From NCBI RefSeq assembly GCF_004010195.1, contig NC_057749.1, forward strand, positions 10,712,409 through 10,750,568: a stretch of DNA of 38,160 bases. The letters are read 5' to 3'. This stretch comes from Chiloscyllium plagiosum (lineage: Eukaryota). A program made the position numbers and the translations under genes. Below, piece after piece: positions 1 through 10,837 of the stretch. Position 1 is the stretch's first letter; every line of letters begins with the position of its first letter. The notes under the pieces were generated by a model. That model searched no databases and had not been told where the DNA came from. It worked only from the letters and a program-made list of their open reading frames with translations.

Positions 1-1111
1 CCTTGATTAGAACATATTTGGAGGCCATAACCATTGCTAAAAAGAGATATGAAGTCTTGCTTTAATTAGGACTAGACTGTAAGAACTTAAAGTTAGAATG
101 TAAATACTCTCTTTCGAGGTCTGGCTTCTTGCATCCTACTCCTACTTATGGGACAAAAAGATCTGAATGTGACGTTCTTTTAGCATTGCTTAAATCCTGC
201 AACAAGCAACCAATAAGTCAGAGCATTAATGCAGCTCTGCTCACCACAGGCCTACACAGGAGATCCCCACCATCACCACTGTTCAAGAGAGCTCATCGTA
301 CCTTTTGTCATTCAGGCATTTGGCAGGTCAGCAGTGGATATTTGTCCTTGGCGTCAAGGACCCAACCCCAACCTCATCTGCACCTATCCAGGGGTGGACG
401 TCAGAAACCGGCTCATTGAAAGGTGTCAACCAATCAGCTCCTCTGTGCTCAGCAGCGCCACTAGAAAGGTTTTGGCTGCTGTTGGTAATATGCTCCCCCT
501 CCCCCCCCCCCTCTATGGTCCTAGATTGAAGAAGGACTCAGACCACAGGTGAAGGATGGTAGAATAGGGATCTTGAGGGTCTGGTAATCTGGGGAGATTT
601 GGTAGCAAGGTCAGTTTTTCAGCTGCCCAACCCTTTCCAGAAGCCGCAATCAGGCAACAATTGCCTTTGAATGGGGCCCAACCCCCACAACCCCCCACCC
701 CGGAGATATTTTGTTCCTGCGCTCCTTCTGCGGAGAGTACCCCAACCACTAATGGGTTAATGCCAACAGCAGAAAGATGGGTCCCTTAAATGGGCACCAA
801 TCGGCCCACTCCCATGAACTGTTCACGGGCTTTCCCACGGCAGAGTGAATTGGGGCGAGCCAGGAAGGAGACAGGTCCCCATCAACCATCACCCTCTCTC
901 CTGCCACTTCCAAACCCAGCTCAGGGGAGCATTCCTCCCCGTATTGCGAATAGGACATGAACGCAGCAGTGAGAGAAAAGAAGGTTGCTAGGATACATGG
1001 GTTTAGATAAAAAGAAAGGATCTGGAGGCTGAGTCCTCTGTTTCTTGAATAAAGATTTGAAAGGGACCCAATAGAGGTCTTTGATCAAATGGAGAGGGTA
1101 CTCTCTCGTGT

Positions 1112-2030
1112 GGTGAATTCTCCACAAAGGTATACAGGAAAGCCACACACACAGACCAAGTCCTAAACTACGAAAGCAACCACCCCAACACAGACAAAAG
1201 AAGTTGCATCAAGACACTGTTCAAAAAGGCCGCAACACACTGCAGTACACCAGAACTGCAAAAAGAGGAAGAAAAACACCTCTACAATGTATTCGCCAAA
1301 AACGGATACCCCACAATTTCATCAACAGATGCCTAAGGGAAAGACAACGGATTGAGGACGTGCCACAACCCAAAGGACTAGCCACACTACCATACGTCAA
1401 AAACATTTCTGAACTGACAGCCAGACTACTGCGACCACTAGGACTCATAACAGCACACAAACCAACAGCCACGCTCAGACAACAACTCACCAGGATGAAG
1501 GACCCGATACCCAGCATGAGCAAAACCAATGTAGTGTACAAACTCCGATGCAAGGACTGCACAAAACATTACATAGGACAAACAGGAAGACAGCTAACGA
1601 TCCGCATCCATGAACACCAACTAGGCACGAAATGACATAACCAGCTATCCTTAGTAGTCACACACTCAGATAACAAGCTACATGAGTTTGACTGGGACAA
1701 CACTACTACTATAGGACAAGCCAAACAGAGAACAGCCAGGGAATTCCTAGAGGCATGGCACTCATTCACAGATTCAATCAATAAGCACATCGACCTGGAC
1801 CCAATATACCGGCCACTGCAGTGGACAGCTGGAACTGACACCCGGAAGCGGCAGATACAAATCACTATAAATGCCGGAGGAAACATCACAGAAGCGCTTC
1901 ACAGGAGGCTCCCAAGCACTGAGGATGTCACCTAGACAGGGGACGAAACATCTGCAACACAAATTCCCAGCTCGGCGAACAGAACCACAACAACAAGCAC
2001 CCGAGCTACAAATCTTCTCCCAAACTTTGA
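1112..2030 (+). mobile_element. 5'-truncated Penelope-like retroelement (RT C-terminus, GIY-YIG endonuclease, 3' pLTR), decayed
   Basis: Translation runs GEFSTKVYRKATHTDQVLNYESNHP...FAKNGYP, then a frameshift near 1310, then ...LPYVKNISELTARLLRPLG...NVVYKLRCKDCTKHYIGQTGRQLTIRIHEH (GIY-YIG), a premature TGA at 1633-1635, then ...AREFLEAWHS. A hammerhead-like motif sits near the 3' end. Confidence 0.92.
1915..1956 (+). ncRNA. Minimal hammerhead ribozyme motif in Penelope pLTR (stem III mutated)
   Basis: CTGAGGA (1919-1925), stem II (gtc..c/g..gac), GAAAC (1945-1949), then ATC. The ACGT palindrome expected in Penelope minimal hammerheads reads ACAT. Confidence 0.65.
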
Positions 2031-2231
2031 ATGCCAAGAGGCTTGACTGGAGAATGAACATTAGCATGGAATGATTGGGTGAATGGCCTGTTTTGTGCCG
2101 TATCACCATGTGATCAATGTTACACTCCATCTAGAGAAAGCATCACAGGGCATTTCATGGTGTCCAATCCGAGAAGGATCTTTACAGACCCTAAGAATTG
2201 TGTAAGATGTTTTTGCAGCATAAACACTTAC

Positions 2232-2323
2232 TCATAGGATTCATGATCAGGCACTATTCTAGCCACTGCAAGGAGGGGGCCTACAGGATCCTTTAATGGA
2301 TTCTCTATACCTCGAAGCAAAAC
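2232..2323 (-). CDS. CCDC33: CCDC33 internal coding exon D (phase 0 in, phase 2 out)
   Basis: Minus strand: ctaataagtggtttcatgttcctttcag|GTT TTG CTT CGA...TCC TAT GA|gtaagt (consensus donor). The 92 nt encode VLLRGIENPLKDPVGPLLAVARIVPDHESY versus recalled human [30 protein letters not shown]. Confidence 0.9.
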
Positions 2324-3856
2324 CTGAAAGGAACATGAAACCACTTATTAGTATTCCCTCAGTCAACGCAAAATCCCCTTCAATTTGTGAATTTCTTGGA
2401 ACAGAAACAGTTATATATTCAGCCAGAGTCATTCAGAATTAGAACTGATTCCATTATTACCTTTTCCTGGCAGACTCCCTCTGCTGGTACACTTGCATAT
2501 GGTAGCCTCAAGTGGACAAAAGCCACAGCACCATTTTCCAAATACTGTGCTCAGAACACCAGAGAGAGTTCGTCACTACTGGAGTTAAAGCTGAAATTGC
2601 TGGAATTTCACCGAAGGTCATTCAACGTTTGTGGAAAAGCAAACCAGATTAATAATCTCTTACCCAAACTGTGGCCTGTATTTCTTGGATAGGAAACTAG
2701 ACAGGCTCCATGTCTGCCATGGAGGCGGTTCTTCCTCCAATTGAGGGGGAAAAGAATTGAGGAGATGGTGGTTGATTGAAACAAAGAAGGGAGGAAGGAC
2801 ATAAACTCTGGCATAAAACCTTGACTAAATGGCCTCTTTGTATGCTCACCAGTGCCATTTAGAGGAACCATTTACCTCAGGTCTAAACCCATCTTAACCA
2901 TGTATGTTCAACAAGAACAACAATATATTTATCTAACCCCTTCAAAGAAACACCCCAATGTGGGAGCACAATGAAATAAAATGAAGAGACCAGGACACAG
3001 AGCTTGGCACAAGAGGTAGGTTCGATGGAGTGTCTGAAAGGAAGAAAGACAGGTAGACAGACACAGAGGTGTAGGGAGGGAAATAGAGAGAGTGGAGCCA
3101 AGAAACTGAAGATATCAGCGTGACCAGCACACAGGGAAAATTACAAAAGGCACATGACAAGGAACGTGGACTGGTGAGGGATGAGATTAAGTTTGCTTTT
3201 GGCAAGACTTACAGGACAGGAGGCTCGGTGAAGCTGTGGGAGCCAGGCAGAGGTGTTTGAGACCAGACAGTAGGAGAGACCCACCAGGACGGTGTACAAA
3301 TTCCACTCTCCCATAAATCTGTACCGGCGGCAACAATCCCCGGAGTCGGAAAAACTGCCTCAAATTTGGGAGGCTGCATTGAATCCAGGATGGCCAGTCA
3401 CTCTGGATGGCATGGGCACCGATGGTGGCACAAGTATAGCAGGAATTCTCTTTTTCAGTCTCCAGCCAGACCCCAATTCCAACCAGTGGTGAGTTGGGAA
3501 GAGAGCATGGGATATAGACAACTGACCGGCACACAGGGAAAACAGCAAGGGACACATTTGTCTTGACAAGTACCAGGGGAATGGACATGGTGAGTTCACT
3601 TCTGGCAAGAGTCGGTGCATGGGAAAGGCATTTCGATCTCTCCTCAGAATTCCTGTTGCTTAATTGGCAGAGCGGCAGTGGGCAAAGCTTCCCAAATTCA
3701 TCCCGGGGTTGATCCATCTCCCCGTGAGGAGAGAGCCTCTGGTGCAGCACCCAGTGCCGTCAATAGCGGGCACATCACCATAGGTCGAGAAAGGACACTT
3801 GAAGCACTCAGTCGAGTGAACCCGATGACGGAATCTGTAACGTTTTGAATGATTTG

Positions 3857-3870
3857 GTTGCCATGGTATC
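3857..3870. promoter_or_regulatory. RFX X-box motif
   Basis: GTTGCCATGGTATC versus consensus GTTGCCATGGCAAC, in a visibly CpG-richer non-repetitive stretch. Motif match only. Confidence 0.45.
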
Positions 3871-4383
3871 CAAACATGGGTGAGGAGTTGAGGAGTGGGG
3901 CAGGGTCTGAAATCACAATGTGTGCACCGGTTCCAGATTACACATAAATGCTCACCTCACGTTCTTCCCACTACCATCCTCATAGCAGCCAGTAATGGAC
4001 TTTTTGAGCTGAGGAGTAAAACACTTCACGGAAATAAGGACGCTAACTCCAGGTCAGCACATTAGCTGGACGTATTTTAATAACCCAGATTGCATTTTCA
4101 GGATCAGAGCAATTAGCAGCATTGAAAACGTTCTATCTGCATACATAAATATTAATATCCTGTGAGTGACAGCTGTTCTCTTCGGCTTTCTTAATAAACG
4201 TTTAGTGTCACTGCATCTGCAAGTAAGGTCGCTTTTGAAAGGGAACATTATTATGTACAAATGGAGAGATTCCACCCACCCCCACCCCCGCCCTGTAGCC
4301 CCAGTGAGATTCATTCCAGAATTCTTTCCTATTACATCCTTTTTAAAACTGAAGGAAGCAGTGTATTTATGTCTGGGTCGTAC

Positions 4384-4485
4384 CTCCAGGCCAGTGAAAG
4401 TAAAGCCTTCTTGACGAGGGATGGTGCTGGCTTTCCGAACGATGGTGATGTACAGTCGAGTGCCCGAAGGAACACTGGGAAGGGG
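4384..4485 (-). CDS. CCDC33: CCDC33 internal coding exon C (phase 0/0)
   Basis: Minus strand: tctctccttctgcccaccaaacgcag|CCC CTT...CTG GAG|gtacga. The 102 nt encode PLPSVPSGTRLYITIVRKASTIPRQEGFTFTGLE versus recalled human ...[26 protein letters not shown]. Embedded in ORF 4054..4539(-). Confidence 0.9.
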
Positions 4486-4664
4486 CTGCGTTTGGTGGGC
4501 AGAAGGAGAGACACAATCAGCATCAACACACACACACACAGCAACTGGTCCCTACCCTAGTAATGAAAGGAGCCCACATAGTGTCTACCCAGGCTGATAG
4601 GAACATGGGAATGAGGTACGGGAGTAGGCAATTCAGCCCTTCAAGCTCACTCTGCCATTTGTAC

Positions 4665-4990
4665 ATGATTATTTACTCATTCGCGGGATGATGGGGTCAC
4701 TAGCTAGGCCAGCATTTAACAGTCGACCACATTTCTGTGGGTCTGAAGTCACATGTAGGGCAGACCAGATAAGGATGGCAGCAGTTTCCTTCCCTAAAGG
4801 GCATTAGTGAACCAGATGGGTTTTTCCAATAGTCAACAACGGTTTCATGATCATCATTAGACTCTTAATTCCAGATTTTTATTTTCTTCAATTTAAATTC
4901 CACCATCTACCATGGCAGGATTCAAACCCGGGTCCCCAGAACATTATCTGGGTCTCTGGAGTAACATTCCAGTGATAATATCACTAGGCC
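4665..4990 (-). mobile_element. tRNA-headed shark SINE, family B
   Basis: Reverse complement of the core catctggttcactaatg..ctttagggaaggaaa..ctgccatcctta..tggtctg..cctacatgtgact.cagacccacag, shared with copies at 8195, 12190, 14015, 27400, 27985 and 33690. Confidence 0.8.
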
Positions 4991-4999
4991 TTCCTATGG

Positions 5000-5470
5000 C
5001 TGACCTTATCCCAGTCTCAACTCCACTCTCCTGCCTGCTCTCCATACCCCTTTACCCTGCTTTTCATCAGAAACATATCTATTGCTTTCTTGAAGTTCAG
5101 TTTATTCTGCCTCCAATGCACTCTGGGGCAGTGAGTCCCTCAGATTCACAGCCCTCTGAGAGAGGTAGTTTCTCCTCATCTCAGTTTTGAAACGACCTTC
5201 TCTCACTTTATATCCACGCCCTCTTATTCAAGACTGCCCCACAAGGGGGAGCATCTGTTCAATGCCCTTCTTAGCAATCGCCTTTAGCATATTAAATCCC
5301 TCAACAGGTCTCTCCTCATTCTTCTGAACTCCAACGGGTACATGCCCAAGGTATTCAATCGCCACACTTGGTGAACCTCCTCTGAACTACTTCCAGTCCA
5401 ACCACATCCTTCCTCAAGTAAAGAGACCAAGAATGGACACAATACTCCCTCAACAGAAATACATAGGATG
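5000..5470 (-). mobile_element. Degraded CR1/L2-type LINE 3' fragment
   Basis: ORF 5284..5478(-) contains RLNTLGMYPLEFRRMRRDL, and an adjacent frame reads like YCVHSWSLYLRKDVVGLEVVQRRFT, both typical of the CR1 RT C-terminus. Confidence 0.65.
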
Positions 5471-5917
5471 GGCCTCAAAGGTGACTTCAGTCACCATGTG
5501 GCCACTAATACTCATTCTGCAGCAATAGAGATGAGGAACAATGGTCCATTCACGGGGAAGCTGGATACATTCATGGTGCACAGACAATTAGGGGATAGAT
5601 ACTTTTAATCAACCTGTTCAGAGATGACATGACGCACCTCTGGAACAGATGGGACTTGAAGTTGGGCCTCCTGGTTCAGAGGCTGAGACACTACCACTGT
5701 ACCACAAGCGTCCCACAAATAAAGGGATGTGCAGAAAGGGTTGGATGAGCTTCACTTGGAGAAGGCTCATGTGGAGCTGAATCACGTGATTCTTTGCTAC
5801 ACATGCTTCCTCCTCAGTCTGCTATGTAAAGGCAGGTCCAACTCTCAGTTTTTGCTCCTTTAAACTGAAATGGAACTTGGACTGGAAAACTGAGGGGGTT
5901 TCGTGACTTATTACAGA

Positions 5918-6460
5918 TTATAGGATCCCGATAGGCCATTTGGATCTACACTGATCCTCTGAAGAGTATCCCACCTAGACCCATTCCCTTACCCTATTAC
6001 GTTACATTTCCCCTGATTAATGCACCTAATCTACACATCCCTGAACACTATTAGCATGGCCAATTCACCTAACATCCACATCCTTTGACTGTGGGATGGC
6101 ACGGCGGCACAGTGGTTAGCACTGCTGCCTCACAGCGCTAGAGACCCGGGTTCATTTCCCGCCTCAGGCGACTGACTGTGTGGAGTTTGCACGTTCTCCC
6201 CGTGTCTGCGTGGGTTTCCTCCAGGTGCTCCGGTTTCCTCCCACCATCTAAAGATGTGCAGGGTCATGTGGACTTGTTGGGCCGAAGGGCCTGTTTCCAC
6301 ACTGTAATCTAATCTAATCTAAATCTAAAACCAGAGCGCCCAGAGGAGGCACAGGGAGAATGTACAAACTCCACACAGACAGTCGTCCAAGGCGACAATC
6401 AAACTCAAGTCCCTGGTGCTGTGAGGAAGCAGTGCTAACTGCTGAGCCACCATGCCACCC
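5918..6460 (-). mobile_element. V-SINE (HE1-like), minus strand, interrupted by a younger plus-strand copy
   Basis: The tail and V-domain at 5918-6094 continue at 6327-6460 (aaaccagagc...caaactccacacagacag...gcagtgctaact...gagccaccatgcc). Confidence 0.8.
6095..6326 (+). mobile_element. V-SINE (HE1-like), internally deleted, nested
   Basis: tRNA-derived head ggcacggcggcacagtggttagcactgctgcctcacagcg, V-domain tggagtttgcacgttctccccgtgtctgcgtgggtttcctcc, and (taatc)n tail. Confidence 0.9.
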
Positions 6461-7757
6461 ATGTTGGATATTGTTGAGCTGTGCAATACATGCTGCTTTT
6501 TAGTAGCAGTAAGGGGAAGAATTTGACTTTGACTAACCCCAAGAATCTTTTGCATGAAGGAAATTCTGCCAGGAAATGGCCCTCTGATTGGTTAAGCCAC
6601 AAAAGCTGCAAGTGTCAAGAAACAGCTGAAAGTGAAAAATATCTAAAGTCTGCAAACAGAAATCATCTGTCTGTCTGTTTGTGTGTGGGGGGAACCCAAG
6701 AAAACTTAATGGCATGAATCTATATCAGAAAAAGGCCTCAGTATATCTGATCAATCATTGAATCAAAGAATGACCATCACCCAACAGTCAACAACATTAT
6801 TGCAACATTCAGAAGGACTATGAGGAAAATAACTTTCCACCTTGTGGTCTAGACATTTGACCTTCGGAATTTTTGTTAACTTGTCTATATTTGTTTCCAT
6901 CCACATCGTACTTATTAAGCCATTTGTCTTTTGTCAGTCATAATTGCAATTGAGTGTGTTTTTGTTCATATGTTCACAGTTTTGAAGAGGTAGAGATTAC
7001 GTTGCATAAATTAGAAATCCTTTACTTCCTTTGTTCTTGTTAAAGTTGAGTACCTTACTGTAAATGGTTATTTTTCTCTGTTACTGCAGTACCTGGTGTG
7101 AACTGTTTTTGTCCTGAGTGATGGTGAATCAGGCAAGTTCATCATTTTGGCATCTCATTGAGATTTTGCTACATTGTTGTGATGCCTTATGGAGCAGGGT
7201 GGCTTGATTATCAGTGAGCTCTTCCCAATCAAGTCACAGTAACATGTTACATAATTACAAATCAGTATTGAGTCCCTTCAATTAAACCCAAAGCATGAGC
7301 TGTGTTGGAGCCTGTAGCCTCTCCAATTATTTCTAAGACCCTTTCGCGAATAGAAACTCAGGCATACTGTAGAATGGTCGTCATCTGAATGAAAGACATA
7401 GATACATGAAAGTAACAAGTTGCACTACCCCTAACCTTGCAAATATCCTCAGGGGTTTAACCAGGGAGAACTGTAGCCGGGAAGAGGGAAAAAGCAGTTG
7501 GGGAGAGTCAATGCACTCCCTCCCACGCTCTGACCATAGAGTAAGGACTTGCAGTGAAAAGGGCTCGGAAGGGAGTTCCAGTGTAGGTGGGAGGGGGTGG
7601 GGGCAAGACTGCCAAAGGGCAGATATTATTTACAGGAGTCTAGAAAGGGAATGACCTGGAGATAGGATTCAGGATGTCAAACCAGAGGAAGGTACAGAAG
7701 TCAAGGTTGGGAGTTACGAGGCTGAAGCAAACTTGGATGAAGGCTCTGTATTTTCGA

Positions 7758-7919
7758 GGAGAAAGTGAGGTCTGCAGATGCTGGAGATCAAAGTTGAAAC
7801 TTTATTGCTGGAACAGCACAGCAGGTCAGGCAGCATCCAGGGAACAGGAGATTCGACGTTTCGGGCACAGGCCCTTCTGCTGCCTGACCTGCTGTGCTGT
7901 TCCAGCAATAAAGTTTCAA
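7758..7919. mobile_element. Short fold-back Penelope pLTR-derived insertion with 14-bp target-site duplication
   Basis: CTCTGTATTTTCGA occurs at 7744-7757 and 7920-7933. Perfect 44-bp inverted repeat at 7792-7835 / 7878-7921. The loop carries the 3' half of a hammerhead motif on the minus strand. Same family as 18205, 27515 and 34680. Confidence 0.85.
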
Positions 7920-8194
7920 CTCTGTATTTTCGATCCAATGCACTGGCGCAGATGATAATCAAAGGGAGAAGGACTGACATCCTTGGTACAGGATGGGATC
8001 AGCGGAGTCAGACTGGCTCCTGTCTCTCTTTTAGACTTGGTCAAAGCTTCCTTTCAAACCAGATGGTTCCTTTTCCTGGAATCATTTCAATGTGGCAGAG
8101 TGGTGTCCCGTCAGGAATGACTGCAGGATACACCTTCGTTTCAGCCGGAACAGTGTGCTACAATCAGGGATACACATGCAGATACAGGGACGTG

Positions 8195-8565
8195 ACAGCC
8201 CTGTGGTATTATCGCTCAATTACTAACCCAGGGACTCAGGTAATGTTCGGGGACCTGTGTTCAAATCCCACCATGACAGATGATGAAATATGAATTCAAT
8301 AAAGAATTTGGAATCTTAATTTAAGGTTCTAATTCCTAATTCATATCTAATGACCGTGAAATGATTGGTGGGAAAACCCATCTGGTTCACTAATGTCCAT
8401 TAAGGGAGGAAACTGCTGCCCTTACTGGGTCTGGCCTTCATGTGTCCCTAGACCCACAGCAATGTGGTTGACTCTTAACTGTCCCCTGAGCAATTAGGAT
8501 TGGGCATTAAATGCTGGCCCAGCCAACAATTCCCACATCCCGTGGGTGAATTAAATAAAAAGTTC
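8195..8565 (+). mobile_element. Shark SINE, family B
   Basis: Head with gttcaaatccca (B-box-like), core catctggttcactaatgtcc, tail attgggcattaaatgctggcccagcc...cccacatcccgtg. Confidence 0.8.
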
Positions 8566-8729
8566 ATTCTTTGTTGGAAGTGACCAAAAGCAGTAATCCT
8601 GTTATCACTTCCAAGTGTCAACCCTGACTTTCCCCTGTGCACCACACTACGCCCATTCATGACTGGAAACTCTCTGCTTTGCGCTAGCCCTTTCTGAAAT
8701 TAAACCCTTCCATCATATTACTGCCAGGG

Positions 8730-8965
8730 AAAGAACAACTTTTTCATTTGTGTTGCATCATTCGTGCCCGCACAACATTCCAAAACACTGTGCACCCAGT
8801 TCAGAAGTGTAGCCATTGTTCTTGCATAGGAAACGTTTGCGGCAATTTGTACACAGCAAGCTCCCACAAAATAACAAGGCAAATCGTCAGATCTTGATTT
8901 TTTGGTGAATGTGGTTAAGGGATAGCTATGGGTCAGGGCACCAGAGAGAACTCCCCCGCTGTTTC
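8730..8965 (-). mobile_element. DeuSINE (SacSINE1/AmnSINE1-like) 3' fragment
   Basis: Reverse complement matches recalled Deu-SINE 3' sequence (tttgtgggagcttgctgtgtacaaattg...tttcctat...ggctacacttc). Confidence 0.6.
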
Positions 8966-8967
8966 TC

Positions 8968-9285
8968 AGATCACAGAATCCCTACAGTGTGGAAGCAGGC
9001 CATTCAGCCCATACCCAGCCTCCAAAGAGCATTCTACCCAGATCCACCCTATCCCTGTAACCCTGCATTTCCCACGGCTAACCCATCTAGCCTGCACACT
9101 ATGAGGAATTTAGCATGGCCAATCCACCTAACCGGCACAGCTTTGGACTGTGGGAGGAAACCAGAGCACTGAGAGGAAACCCATGCAGACACAGGGAGAA
9201 TGTGCAAACTCCAGACAGAAGCTGGAATCAAACCTGGGTCCCTGACACTATGAGGCAGCAGTGCTAACCGCTGAGCCACAATGCC
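8968..9285 (-). mobile_element. V-SINE (HE1-like)
   Basis: Reverse complement of the tRNA head (tggctcagcggttagcactgctgcctca), V-domain and tail. It lies about 30 nt from the exon B donor. Confidence 0.88.
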
Positions 9286-9314
9286 ACTCTAGCACAGAGT
9301 GCTTTTCCACCCAC

Positions 9315-9424
9315 CTGTATCAACTCGACGTGGTAATGATGGAACGTCTGCAAGTAGGCAACAGGAATGCAGTAACTCGTCAACAGCTCCTTGGTTCTGC
9401 TGTCTGCAATGTCCAGAATCACCA
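9315..9424 (-). CDS. CCDC33: CCDC33 internal coding exon B (phase 1 in, phase 0 out)
   Basis: Minus strand: tattctgttttccctcatctcttcacag|TG GTG ATT CTG...ATA CAG|gtgggt. The 110 nt encode (V)VILDIADSRTKELLTSYCIPVAYLQTFHHYHVELIQ versus recalled human [37 protein letters not shown]. The final G of exon A plus TG gives GTG in frame. Not shown in the ORF track. Confidence 0.9.
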
Positions 9425-10084
9425 CTGTGAAGAGATGAGGGAAAACAGAATAAGAGAATAGGATGGATTTTCAGTCACACAACTGATGGCGGTTTCCAAA
9501 ATGGATGTGTTGACAATTCTGTGCTACCAACTGGCGATCCTGGTCTGCCAATCTATGCCCACCTCTTAAATATTTTCAGCAAGCCAGCTTCCAGGGAGGG
9601 TTGTGTGGATGCCATGCTTACCTGCCCATCAGAATAGACACTAAGGTCAATTAAGGTGCCAATTCATGGCATTAAGCGCGCGCACACACGCACACACACA
9701 CACACACATACTGGTATTCTCCATCCTCTTGAGGCTGATGTCAGGAAGGTGAATGGAAGTAGTGTTCCAGTGGATTTTTTGGGCATGGAGTGGCCCTCTT
9801 CTGTTCTGAAAAAAAGCCCCATTCAAACTGGCACCTCAAGTGGCAGAGTGGCACAGTTCTGTCTACAGGTGACACTGTGTCTTTGAACAGGACCACCAAC
9901 GATGAGCTATCCTCCCAGTGTCCCACCTTCTACAACAGTACCCACCCTTCTCAGCCTTGGGCATCTCCACTGCCGTCCCAGCTGCCCACACCATTGAATT
10001 GTATGCAGCTCCTGGAGGCTGCTTCTTAATTGCTCATTTTTGGTGTGTACTCAACACATTTCAGATCTCTTCCAAATGTACATC

Positions 10085-10330
10085 CGAACAAATGGGCAAG
10101 GAGCACAATGGCTCACAGCGCCAGGGACCCAGGTTCGATTCCAGCTTCGGGCAGCTGTCTGTGTGGAGTTTGCACGTTCTACCCGTATCTGCGTACGTTT
10201 CCTTCCACAATCCAAAGTAATGCATGTAGACCATGCTAAATTGCCCCATAGGAGCCAGGGATGTGCAGGATAGGTGGGTTAGTCATGGGGAATGCCGGAT
10301 TACATGGGACAGGGTGGATGCTCTTCGGAC
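10085..10330 (+). mobile_element. V-SINE (HE1-like), degraded
   Basis: cacagcgccagggacccaggttcgattccagc...tgtggagtttgcacgttct...ccatgctaaattgcccc. Confidence 0.8.
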
Positions 10331-10837
10331 AGTTACCCCTCACTCTATCTTTTATGAAGTAAGAGAGAGCAGATAGAATGGGATATGATTTCTGTACAGA
10401 GGTCACGAGCTGGGATTTTTTAAGCCACGTCACATACTGTTCACAATTAGAGATTATGCTATCAGTAACAAACCATAACAAGACACTGTCTGCATGTTTA
10501 GCTCCAAATATCAGTTGACTAGTGGCTAAAGAATAGAGAGAGAGCTACTTGGAATTTCTTGACAATCGAGCGGAAAATCTTGTGCAAAGTTCTAAGCACT
10601 AGTACAGACATTTTGCAATTGCAGGAATGTTTTTACAGTTCTTGTAGATAAACCTGGTGCATGCTCTTCCTCAAGAAGCAGAGTCCTTGAATGTTTCAAA
10701 AGCAAAGGTAGATACAGTGTTGGTACAGCGAGTGGGTCAAGGATATGAAGGGTAGGCAAGAATGTGGAGTTGAGGGTACAATCAATTCAGCCATGCCGGT
10801 GCAGGTTTGAGGGGCCAAATGGCCTACACCTGCTCAT

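Noticed and set aside
3187..3750. 187-aa minus-strand ORF
   Set aside because: No recognisable domain, non-ATG start, no clear splice boundaries; no support for coding.
4054..4539. 161-aa ORF as a standalone gene
   Set aside because: Only 4384-4485 is bounded by splice sites and similar to CCDC33.
6462..7244. Possible solo LTR (TGTT...AACA ends)
   Set aside because: No TSD, second copy or internal retroviral sequence was found; insufficient support.
9891..9997. Plus-strand acceptor-like site followed by a short ORF (MSYPPSVPPSTTVP...)
   Set aside because: Only about 31 codons, low complexity, no donor or homology, and it adjoins probable repeat-derived sequence.
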